Shown here piece after piece: positions 8,916-16,830 of a stretch of 64,000 nt of DNA. The notes under the pieces are model-generated. The model was not told where the DNA came from. It was given only the letters and a program-made list of their open reading frames with translations, and made no database searches. The stretch is from positions 186,001-250,000 of IMG/VR virus record IMGVR_UViG_3300011693_000001. One strand, written 5' to 3'. The translations under genes were made by a program, and so were the position numbers. Position 1 is the first letter of the stretch. Every line of letters begins with the position of its first letter. The stretch comes from an uncultured virus (IMG/VR IMGVR_UViG_3300011693_000001) (Duplodnaviria > Heunggongvirae > Uroviricota > Caudoviricetes).

Positions 8916-9479
8916 TTAGATAAGATAACCAGCGATGGTAATCGAAAGATCACTGAGAGTAGTGTCTGCAACATCTGGTCCTTTGATATACATAACTTCA
9001 CCGGGAGCGAAGCGCATATCATCAGAACCGTCTTGTACAAAAAGACCGACAGTATCACCGACAATGTATTGAATCTCACCGAGTTTAACATCGGTGCCTT
9101 GGCGATCAATGCGGCGGATTTGCAAAGCAACATTAGCGGCCGGGCCTTGCCCAGCAAAAGCTACGCTACCAAAGAAAGCACCTTTGATACCAAATGCACG
9201 GGGAACAGCAAGACGGGTCAACACAGCGGCAGCGCCGAGCATTCCCATAGAACCGCAGGAAATGTCGTAAGGGGTAGCAGAACGATCCGGGGATTTAATA
9301 ACCCACTCGGAACCGTGCCACATATACACGCCGGGTTGTTTACCGTTGTACACTGCTGTCAATTCATACTCATCGCCTACCGTGCCTGTAGCCGGGAGTG
9401 TAGCACCTTGCTTGTCAGCCTCAACCACACCAATATCGATGATCGAAGCGTTTACCAAGCGAATTCCATCAACCAACAT
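8916..9479 (-). CDS. Putative fibre/decoration protein, 187 aa
   Basis: LP..G...YEL......PGVY.W.G.EW module followed by a C-terminal beta domain. Confidence 0.75.
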   Translation of the reverse strand: MLVDGIRLVNASIIDIGVVEADKQGATLPATGTVGDEYELTAVYNGKQPGVYMWHGSEWVIKSPDRSATPYDISCGSMGMLGAAAVLTRLAVPRAFGIKGAFFGSVAFAGQGPAANVALQIRRIDRQGTDVKLGEIQYIVGDTVGLFVQDGSDDMRFAPGEVMYIKGPDVADTTLSDLSITIAGYLI

Positions 9480-9703
9480 TAGAGCACCGATACCTTACCA
9501 GTACGCGCAGAGCTAAATACGATTTTCACCGTGCGCGCATCCAGAACAATGATTTCCAAAGGAATAATCTTCTGTAACCCGTTAGCGGTATCGATCATCA
9601 CGTCTACGATAGGCGCTTGCGTGTTAAGACTATGAACTACTGTCCACTCCTTAGCAGCTACATCCTGATTGTGTACGTGTTTGTGAGCTGTAGAGACTCC
9701 CAT
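9479..9703 (-). CDS. Small structural protein, one HxQ..WxVxHxL domain
   Basis: HVHNQDVAAKEWTVVHSLN...FSSARTGKV. Confidence 0.75.
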   Translation of the reverse strand: MGVSTAHKHVHNQDVAAKEWTVVHSLNTQAPIVDVMIDTANGLQKIIPLEIIVLDARTVKIVFSSARTGKVSVL

Positions 9704-9715
9704 AGTAGCCTCCTA

Positions 9716-10327
9716 TCAGATACACTTCACAGTGCCAGTTTGCGGACTGCTGAATTGAACAACAGCAGTGTTCGCATCAGTGTGAGTAACAGACAGAGGT
9801 TGAACCTCGTGACCGTTAATGTAAATGCGCAGAATAGGCTCATAGCCAAGAGAATGATTCACTGTCCAAGTAGCTTGGTTGGTGTACGAATTCTCGTAAG
9901 CAATAACTGCGCGCTCAACGCCATCCATATGAGTGGCGATCAGGATAGCACGACCTGCTTGCGGAACACTGAATTCAATTGTTGCTTGGTTGAACAGGAA
10001 TTCAGCAGCGTCAAACATGATCATCTGATTGCTAGTGTTTTGTACCTGCAAGATACAGCCAGCAATGTTCAGGCGATGGTCGATAGTCCAAGTGGTAGCA
10101 GCGGAGGCTTGATCGTGAATGTGCATAGACATTTCTTGACTCAGCGGAACCCACACACGCATACCAGATTCTAAACCGCCGGAAATATAGAGGCGGTAGT
10201 TTCCATTCTCTTGCTTAAAGCAAAGACGACCCGCACCCGGATCACCTTCGGGCCAACCTTCCATTGCTTCCAGATTTACGTTCTGGAGAAGGTTGCCAAG
10301 CATGTTCAAATTGCCTTTGACTTTCAT
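9716..10327 (-). CDS. Structural protein with two HxQ..WxIxHxL domains
   Basis: HIHDQASAATTWTIDHRLN and YTNQATWTVNHSLG; GAGG RBS. Confidence 0.8.
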   Translation of the reverse strand: MKVKGNLNMLGNLLQNVNLEAMEGWPEGDPGAGRLCFKQENGNYRLYISGGLESGMRVWVPLSQEMSMHIHDQASAATTWTIDHRLNIAGCILQVQNTSNQMIMFDAAEFLFNQATIEFSVPQAGRAILIATHMDGVERAVIAYENSYTNQATWTVNHSLGYEPILRIYINGHEVQPLSVTHTDANTAVVQFSSPQTGTVKCI

Positions 10328-10344
10328 GCGATGTTCCTCAAAAG

Positions 10345-10376
10345 AAAAAGGGGCAGGTAATTAGCCCGCCCCTTTT
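10345..10376 (-). terminator. Intrinsic terminator
   Basis: AAAAGGGGC...GCCCCTTTT, directly after the stop at 10380. Confidence 0.75.
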
Positions 10377-10379
10377 AGA

Positions 10380-12044
10380 TTACCCGGCGACGGCAGCTTT
10401 AACGCCACTTACGATAACGCGGCAGAGGCTCGCGCCAGCGAAAGTAACGGTCAGGCTGTTTGCAGTGTTGAAAGTAATCGACTGAGGAATAACGATTTCA
10501 TCATTCTCATCGGTTACAACAACGGTGCCATACTTGTTACCGAGGTTGTGAGTAACAACGTGCGATACAGCAGCAGTGGTCAGTTCTTCGTAAACGAAGA
10601 CACCGCTTTCCAGACGGGTAGTCAGTTCAGTGGTAGAGCTGTTAGCGGAGCTAATAGCGCTATCCATCTGCTGCTTAGTTACCGGACTCAGAACGTTGGT
10701 AGCATCACCGGAGAGGATAAGCTCGCCGGTCAGAGTGCCGCCAGTCAGAGTCAGATAACGAGCATCACCGTAAGCTTCGTCGAAGGCAACGCCATCAGCG
10801 GAAACAACGATACCAGTACCAGCTTCAACATTCAGCGGAATGCCTGCACCGCCAGCAATACCGTTACCAGCAACGGAAGCATTCAGGTGATTTTCGGTGA
10901 TACCACCAGCAGCAACACCAACACCACCAACACCAACTTCCAGACCGCTACCAGCAACAACGCCGAGAACAGCGTCGGAAGCAACAGATGCTTCACCGGT
11001 AGTAGGATCAACCAGAGCCAGACCGCCGTTGTTTTTAACTTCAACGCCGACTTCACCAGTCGGAAGGTCAGCAATACCAGCGCCGAGACGAACGCTGATA
11101 GTGTTACCGTCTTTCACCAGACCTACGCCAGCGCTAACGCCGGACAGACCGCCGAACTCGCTCCACGAAGTACCAGAAACGTACTGATTCCAAACGGCAT
11201 CAGCGCGGTTCCAAACCAGAGCACCCGGACCGGCGGCAGAAATATCGTAAGCAACGCTAGTGATTGCACCAGCAGCGTCAACTACAACAATGTCACCAGC
11301 TTCGGCACCGGCTTCAACAGCACCAGTGAAAGTCGAAGCATCAACGAGAATGTAACGACCAGCAACACCAGCGAAGTCCGCTTCAGTACCAACAACGTCA
11401 GCCTGAATATCCAGACCAAGCATTGCAGCTTCCAGATCAGCCAGACGAACAGCGTCGCCAGCGTCAACAGGAGCAGCAAGGTTCTTGATTGTGGAAGTGC
11501 CACCGAAAGCGAGGTTGCCGTTAACGCTGTCACCAGCCTTGTTAACCGGAACGTAACCGAGAGCATCTTCTTTGCTATCAATCTGCTCTTGAACGTTACC
11601 GGTAATGCCGCTCAGCAAACCGAGTTCAGCAGTGGTAACGGTAGAAGCAGCGATCTTACCAGAAGAGTCAGCAACAACAACCATGTCAGCAGTCAGATCA
11701 GCAGCTACAACGGTAGTAGCAGCACCGGTAATAGTGTCTTGTTTCAGACCAAGACCAGTATCCATCTGCTGTTTAGTTACAGCTTCCATTGCATTTACTG
11801 CATCAGCAGCAAGTACCAGAGCACCAGTCAGAGTACCGCCAGTCAACGGCAGGTAGTCAGACAGAGCACCGCCGGCGGCGAGAGCAATGATATCGGTGCC
11901 ATCGAAGTATTTAACCTTCTTGTCAGCCGAGTTGAACCACATACGGGAAACAGCAGGCGTTACCGGATCGGTAGCCAGACGTTCCAGTTTCAGGTCCATT
12001 ACTACGCCAGCAATGTCGAGATTACCATTGACGTACATATTCAT
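10380..12044 (-). CDS. Abundant fibre/whisker-like protein, 554 aa
   Basis: A/G/V/T-rich, strong codon bias, repeated YLxLTGGTLTG.L.L..DA......VTKQQMD, C-terminal HxL domain; has its own promoter motif and terminator. Confidence 0.8.
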   Translation of the reverse strand: MNMYVNGNLDIAGVVMDLKLERLATDPVTPAVSRMWFNSADKKVKYFDGTDIIALAAGGALSDYLPLTGGTLTGALVLAADAVNAMEAVTKQQMDTGLGLKQDTITGAATTVVAADLTADMVVVADSSGKIAASTVTTAELGLLSGITGNVQEQIDSKEDALGYVPVNKAGDSVNGNLAFGGTSTIKNLAAPVDAGDAVRLADLEAAMLGLDIQADVVGTEADFAGVAGRYILVDASTFTGAVEAGAEAGDIVVVDAAGAITSVAYDISAAGPGALVWNRADAVWNQYVSGTSWSEFGGLSGVSAGVGLVKDGNTISVRLGAGIADLPTGEVGVEVKNNGGLALVDPTTGEASVASDAVLGVVAGSGLEVGVGGVGVAAGGITENHLNASVAGNGIAGGAGIPLNVEAGTGIVVSADGVAFDEAYGDARYLTLTGGTLTGELILSGDATNVLSPVTKQQMDSAISSANSSTTELTTRLESGVFVYEELTTAAVSHVVTHNLGNKYGTVVVTDENDEIVIPQSITFNTANSLTVTFAGASLCRVIVSGVKAAVAG

Positions 12045-12086
12045 ATCTCCAGAGATTATGCATGTGACGATTATCAGTCACAGCTT

Positions 12087-12095
12087 TAAATTAGC
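12087..12095 (-). promoter_or_regulatory. Candidate promoter GCTAATTTA
   Basis: About 43 nt upstream of the 12044 start, followed by a TGTGAC/GTCACA hairpin (12063-12082). Confidence 0.55.
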
Positions 12096-12888
12096 TTTTT
12101 GTTCCCATGATTTCAACGACGTTAAAACCAGAAACAATCGGCAATAGGTGTTGAGTTAAAACGCTATTGCCTATTAATTCACCGGTACTAGAAAGGAAAG
12201 TCGCATCTTGCGATGAAAGATTCTTAATAACCACAGGTGAGTTCTTATCGACCAATTGAATATAAACCAGCAAACGCTCCAGAGGATCAAATACCCCTAG
12301 CTCAGCAATCGCTTGAATATCATTATCGTCGATAAGCAGTACCAATCGGTTTGGGTTACTCCGATTGGTAGTTACATTCGTATTTGATTTAAGTAACTCG
12401 CAGCCCAATAAGCTATCTATCTCGTATAACTGATATAGAGTAGATTGCAAAAAACTGAGCAGGCAATTAATCAAATAAGGGTAGGCTTCCAGATGATCCA
12501 TGCCTTTCGCTTTCTGAATCTTATGATACAGAAAGTTTCTCGTTGTTTCCCCAGCGGCTTTCCATACACGCAAAAGCTCAGGTGGGAAAACTTCCGTGTG
12601 AATATCAAAGACGGTTAGATTAACCGATTCGATCTTTTGCAGGTTAGCCACAATAACATCAACGTCCTGCGGAGCAACATGCTTCTTGTCCAGAAGGTAT
12701 TGTTCCGTAAAGTCAGTCCATTCCTTGTAATTGTTCAACAGCATCAGCAACAGTTCACGCGCACCCTTGGAAAAATCATTCCTAGAGTCGCTAAGCTCAT
12801 TGAGTATGAAGGCTTTGGTGTTGTAATACCACTCAAGAGCTTTGGCCGTTGTGCTACGATACTTTATGTTGTTTGTGACAAAGGCCAT
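12091..12888 (-). CDS. Hypothetical helical protein
   Basis: Start reassigned to MAFVTNN (GAGG RBS, adjacent to the upstream stop). Confidence 0.7.
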   Translation of the reverse strand: MAFVTNNIKYRSTTAKALEWYYNTKAFILNELSDSRNDFSKGARELLLMLLNNYKEWTDFTEQYLLDKKHVAPQDVDVIVANLQKIESVNLTVFDIHTEVFPPELLRVWKAAGETTRNFLYHKIQKAKGMDHLEAYPYLINCLLSFLQSTLYQLYEIDSLLGCELLKSNTNVTTNRSNPNRLVLLIDDNDIQAIAELGVFDPLERLLVYIQLVDKNSPVVIKNLSSQDATFLSSTGELIGNSVLTQHLLPIVSGFNVVEIMGTKS

Positions 12889-12889
12889 G

Positions 12890-13408
12890 TTAGTTAATCC
12901 CTCGCTTGGATGAACCGCGTGCAGAGGCCGCAAACTGCGCACCTACCAGCTGGCTAAGTTTATCATTTATAGCACGAAGGTCAGTGTCATAACGCTGAAG
13001 AACCATTGCGATTTCACTGTCCCGACGGCGTTGCATTTCCACCAAAGAACTATGAGCGTTAATCAGGTCTTCTAACTCTCTTGAAATGCTTTCAATTGAT
13101 ATGTTCAACGCCGTGTTATTTTGTTCAATGTACAGACGCAGACCATCAATGGCCTGCTTTACATCGGTAGCAGTCTTGGCGTCGGGACCATCGAGCAACG
13201 TATCAATTTTACGAGAAACATCAGCCCATTCAGTCAGGCGCTGTTGAATCTGAGATTGTAACGTGGCGTTTTCATCCCTAAGCTTTTTATTCTCTTGGAA
13301 CATCGGAATACCGAAGTACCAAGCAAGACCTAGCAACACTACGCATAGCGCCACAAGTAGCGCGTAGCCCGGTGGACTCGATGCTAACAAGTTGACTAGG
13401 TTTTCCAT
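12890..13408 (-). CDS. Membrane-anchored coiled-coil protein
   Basis: TM ALLVALCVVLLGLAWYFGI followed by a heptad-rich region. Confidence 0.75.
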   Translation of the reverse strand: MENLVNLLASSPPGYALLVALCVVLLGLAWYFGIPMFQENKKLRDENATLQSQIQQRLTEWADVSRKIDTLLDGPDAKTATDVKQAIDGLRLYIEQNNTALNISIESISRELEDLINAHSSLVEMQRRRDSEIAMVLQRYDTDLRAINDKLSQLVGAQFAASARGSSKRGIN

Positions 13409-13413
13409 AAGCT

Positions 13414-13683
13414 TTATTTACATACAGTGTCCGACCGCTTAATGATAACTGAACGAGTTCCGGTATCACCATCGCGGACAATCATTATTCGGCTCATACG
13501 CGGAGGGCTGTAGTCACAAAGACTGCCAGCGGTGCCGTTCTCTTCATTGCACACAGAGGTCAAGCAGACCATTAAGCTATGTTCAACAGATTCGGCTTTA
13601 TTATCCGCAGTATAAGGTATGGATAGAAGCAAGGCTGCGATCAGAATAGGTATTCCGACTTTAGCGATTTGTAATCGGCTCAT
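13414..13683 (-). CDS. Small exported Cys-containing protein
   Basis: N-terminal hydrophobic signal/anchor and four Cys. Confidence 0.65.
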   Translation of the reverse strand: MSRLQIAKVGIPILIAALLLSIPYTADNKAESVEHSLMVCLTSVCNEENGTAGSLCDYSPPRMSRIMIVRDGDTGTRSVIIKRSDTVCK

Positions 13684-14539
13684 ACAGGAACGCCTCTTTG
13701 AAGCTACCTGCTGCCAAGTTAGTCAGATTGAGTTGCGAAAGTCTCTTCACATTCACGCTTGATTTTACCTTGGCTTCTGGTATTGCCTTCCCTTGTAACA
13801 GACTAACGATAACAGCACTGATATCAGCAGGGTCTAAACCAATAGCTAACGCAGAAGGGTGGTTCGCGCGGTATACACCTATCTCTAGGTGTAGCTTATT
13901 GAAATTAGTGACAACTGATTCGATACTCCGATAGTACAAACGTTCACCTGAATCATCGGCTATATCGTAAGCGTTGATAACTAGAACTCCTCTGGTTTCC
14001 TTATTGAGTGCAACCAGCAAGGCTCTTAGTTCTACAGCAGAGTGGATGTGTTTTATTTCAACATCAGCGTTTACCTCACGCATAATGGTTTGAACAGCAT
14101 CCTCTCTGTATTTAGCTATCTCGCTGCCGTCGGAGATAACATAAATCTTGTTGCTCTCTAATATGGAGAGAGCTTTGCGCAAAGGTTTGTGATCATCGTA
14201 TACCGTAGACTTACCTAGAGTGTAGCATTGGCAAGTCTTATCTCGAAAGATACTGAGATAGGAACCTTTAACATCAGGTAGCTTATCACCTATGATAAAT
14301 ACCGGGCGGTTTAATACATCCGCTTTCTTATACACTCGTTGAAGTGCATAGTACCGAGAGTCACGGTATCTATCGTGTTCGAAATTGCGTAAGGTTAACA
14401 CCGATACCTTAAACGGCAAATGGGAGGTTATTTCACTCCCATAGATATCTTTAACGTAGTAGGGTTGAATGATCAATGGTATAGATTCAGCGAGTGCCGT
14501 AGCGGAAAGCAGGAACAAACCTATCAACCAAAGTTTCAT
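13661..14539 (-). CDS. Secreted protein, possibly periplasmic-binding-protein fold
   Basis: Signal peptide MKLWLIGLFLLSATALA, alternating alpha/beta pattern, C-terminal SLLQGKAIPE...VNVKRLSQLNL. Confidence 0.65.
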   Translation of the reverse strand: MKLWLIGLFLLSATALAESIPLIIQPYYVKDIYGSEITSHLPFKVSVLTLRNFEHDRYRDSRYYALQRVYKKADVLNRPVFIIGDKLPDVKGSYLSIFRDKTCQCYTLGKSTVYDDHKPLRKALSILESNKIYVISDGSEIAKYREDAVQTIMREVNADVEIKHIHSAVELRALLVALNKETRGVLVINAYDIADDSGERLYYRSIESVVTNFNKLHLEIGVYRANHPSALAIGLDPADISAVIVSLLQGKAIPEAKVKSSVNVKRLSQLNLTNLAAGSFKEAFLYEPITNR

Positions 14540-15357
14540 ACGGCCACCGCCTGCAAGCTAGCTTTACCTGATTGCGGTTGCGCAAACTTCACCACAAGGT
14601 TATTCAAATCAATGTGATAAACATCAGTTAAGACCAATTGACCTTGTTCATCATAGATGGTGATGTTTATATTGTCGTTGCTAAGCCTATGGTTTACTGC
14701 CCACTCCGAGGCAGCCTCTGCTTGAACATGAACATAACCTTTTGCTTGAATTCGCCCTTCTAGGATAGTTACACGGTTACGCAAAGAATTGATCTGCGTA
14801 AGCATGCCAGATTGTGACTGACGTACCTGAGTAGCAAGGGTTTGAATAGGACCAACAAGTAAACGTACCCACCAAGCAGGCACCGCTTCTTTGTCAGTGA
14901 ATTCCGCAAGCGTAGAAGCGTCTTTTAGTTCTAACGCTCCAGTCATCTTACCGCCGGCAACAGCTAACGCTCCGATAGTATCAGGGGTAGTTCTGTGCGG
15001 GTTATCGATGTTTGCATTGTGTAGGTTGTGATCGTTATCTTCAGGTTCCGGTATATCCCAATACTGTTGAGAGAATTGAGAATAGTCGGTTAATAAAGAC
15101 CACGTGTGAGTAAAGCCGCCGGAAGCAGCGCGGGATGCTCGCTTACGAGCAACCTTGTAATCAGCATGTGCCGGATCACCATTGATCCAAACAAGATTGA
15201 GAGGTGCTTCTACTGAATGTGGCTCGTTATAGGAAACAACGAGCATTATCTCAGCGCCACCAATCTCGTTAACAACAGTTACTCGCTTGCTGCTAGATAG
15301 ACCCTTAGAAGCAGCAACGCTAATAGCTCTGTCGATTACAGATTGTAAAGTCGCCAT
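14536..15357 (-). CDS. Fibre-associated structural protein
   Basis: H....NPH motif, GGKMTGAL, coiled coil, C-terminal YVHVQAEAASEWAVNHRL domain. Confidence 0.75.
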   Translation of the reverse strand: MATLQSVIDRAISVAASKGLSSSKRVTVVNEIGGAEIMLVVSYNEPHSVEAPLNLVWINGDPAHADYKVARKRASRAASGGFTHTWSLLTDYSQFSQQYWDIPEPEDNDHNLHNANIDNPHRTTPDTIGALAVAGGKMTGALELKDASTLAEFTDKEAVPAWWVRLLVGPIQTLATQVRQSQSGMLTQINSLRNRVTILEGRIQAKGYVHVQAEAASEWAVNHRLSNDNINITIYDEQGQLVLTDVYHIDLNNLVVKFAQPQSGKASLQAVAV

Positions 15358-15370
15358 CGCCTAATGTTCC

Positions 15371-15790
15371 CTAACGAGTTTCTCTTAAATTATCGTTTGC
15401 TAACCAATTATGAAGTGTCTGCATTATTAGAGCACCTTCCTGCGGTGTAACAGGGATTAGCTTCTCACCATTAGGTGTAATGGCACGGATTTGAAAAACA
15501 TTACCTGTTTGCAATCCGGTCACAGCGAGAAGAACACTATTTATATCAGTCGCTAAAGCTATCGATTTGTACTTTGGTGCAGCATTCATTCTTTGTATTA
15601 GGAATGAATTAGGATCAAATGATTGCTCTTCGACAACGGTAAGCAAACCATCGATTACCCGAAAGGCAAGTGGGTTGCTTTCAATTCTGTGTTTTTCTTC
15701 TTCAGTGATTTCAATAAAAGGGGTATCTGCATCACAGTCGAAGAAACCAGCTGGAACACCATTCTCATCGTAATGCAGATACCACTTCAT
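15371..15790 (-). CDS. Putative fibre assembly chaperone
   Basis: MKWYLHYDENG..GFF...IEITEEE start resembles Tfa-type proteins; follows a fibre gene. Confidence 0.5.
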   Translation of the reverse strand: MKWYLHYDENGVPAGFFDCDADTPFIEITEEEKHRIESNPLAFRVIDGLLTVVEEQSFDPNSFLIQRMNAAPKYKSIALATDINSVLLAVTGLQTGNVFQIRAITPNGEKLIPVTPQEGALIMQTLHNWLANDNLRETR

Positions 15791-15791
15791 T

Positions 15792-16592
15792 TTAACTCAC
15801 CGTTGTTTCGCCAATAACGAAATACCAGAAATCCCAACCAGTCGCAGGTACAGGATTACCACTTCCATCTTTAGGTAGTTTTGCTGGATCAACCACTAAT
15901 TCAAAGTAACCACGAGTAAGTGTTTGCTTTGCAATAGCAGCTACGGGGGAAGTAGGATCAACAAAGTTCACTAGGAGAGAACGTTGCGAATTCTCAGTCA
16001 TTGCACGTTTAAATAAAACACGCATTACTGTTTTTGAACCAGTGTCAGTCACACGACCGTATGCAAGGATACGCTTGCCTAATACTTCCCGAGCTTGCCC
16101 GTCTTCTGTTTTGAATTCAGGTTCGGGAGCATCACGACCAGCATCACCTTTTGGGCCAGTTGGGCCAGTTGGGCCAGTTGGGCCACCAAGACCAGTCGGA
16201 CCAGTAGGACCAACAGGGCCGGTTGGACCAACCATACCAGTATCACCTTTAGGTCCAACGCAACCGGCAATACCGGGACGGCCATCTTTACCATTACGCC
16301 CTTGTTCACCTTGAGCGCCTTTCGGACCTGTTGGACCGGTTGGACCAATACCAATGTTTCCACTAGTCATAAAACCGGAAACGGAAATAACACCAGTGGC
16401 TCCATTCTCATCAGTCTGCTCTATGTTAAGCACACCGGTTTCAGGATCATATTCAACGCCGGAGACGATTGTATTACCGGTCAGAGATTTAAGATCACGT
16501 GTAACAAGACGCTGACCGTCGAAAACAACCTTCTGGTCTGTTATCGCGTCTTTAGCCTCGATCATACCGAGGGGAGTACGTGTTAAGCTCAT
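15792..16592 (-). CDS. Collagen-like fibre protein
   Basis: About 24 Gly-X-Y triplets; N-terminus MSLTRTPL. Confidence 0.85.
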   Translation of the reverse strand: MSLTRTPLGMIEAKDAITDQKVVFDGQRLVTRDLKSLTGNTIVSGVEYDPETGVLNIEQTDENGATGVISVSGFMTSGNIGIGPTGPTGPKGAQGEQGRNGKDGRPGIAGCVGPKGDTGMVGPTGPVGPTGPTGLGGPTGPTGPTGPKGDAGRDAPEPEFKTEDGQAREVLGKRILAYGRVTDTGSKTVMRVLFKRAMTENSQRSLLVNFVDPTSPVAAIAKQTLTRGYFELVVDPAKLPKDGSGNPVPATGWDFWYFVIGETTVS

Positions 16593-16762
16593 TTAACATT
16601 CAACCATGAAGAGTTATCGTTAGCGCGCAGCTTCGTATTGGATGGGGTCATTTGAATCCAGTACGAGTTGGAAGGATCACGCACCTTCCAACCGTTCCGA
16701 GAAAAGTTCTCCACCCAAGAAGCAGTCGGCGTCTCTCTTACTTTCAAGAGTACCGTTGCCAT
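16589..16762 (-). CDS. Unlisted 57-aa protein, paralog of the N-terminus of the 1323-aa adhesin
   Basis: MATVLLKVRETPTASWVENFSRNGWKVRDPSNSYWIQMTPSNTKLRANDNSSWLNVK*; ATGA overlap with the next gene. Confidence 0.8.
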   Translation of the reverse strand: MATVLLKVRETPTASWVENFSRNGWKVRDPSNSYWIQMTPSNTKLRANDNSSWLNVK

Positions 16763-16830
16763 AAGTTTCTCACGTTATATTTACGGTTATCCGGCATAAG
16801 ATAGTCCACCATCGAACTATCTTAGTTTAC

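Noticed and set aside
12063..12082. TGTGA...TCACA palindrome as a CRP site
   Set aside because: Spacer is 10 bp rather than 6; better explained as a 5' RNA hairpin.
10548..12089. 513-aa plus-strand ORF
   Set aside because: Antisense shadow of the strongly codon-biased fibre gene; S/N/T-rich, no RBS or motif.
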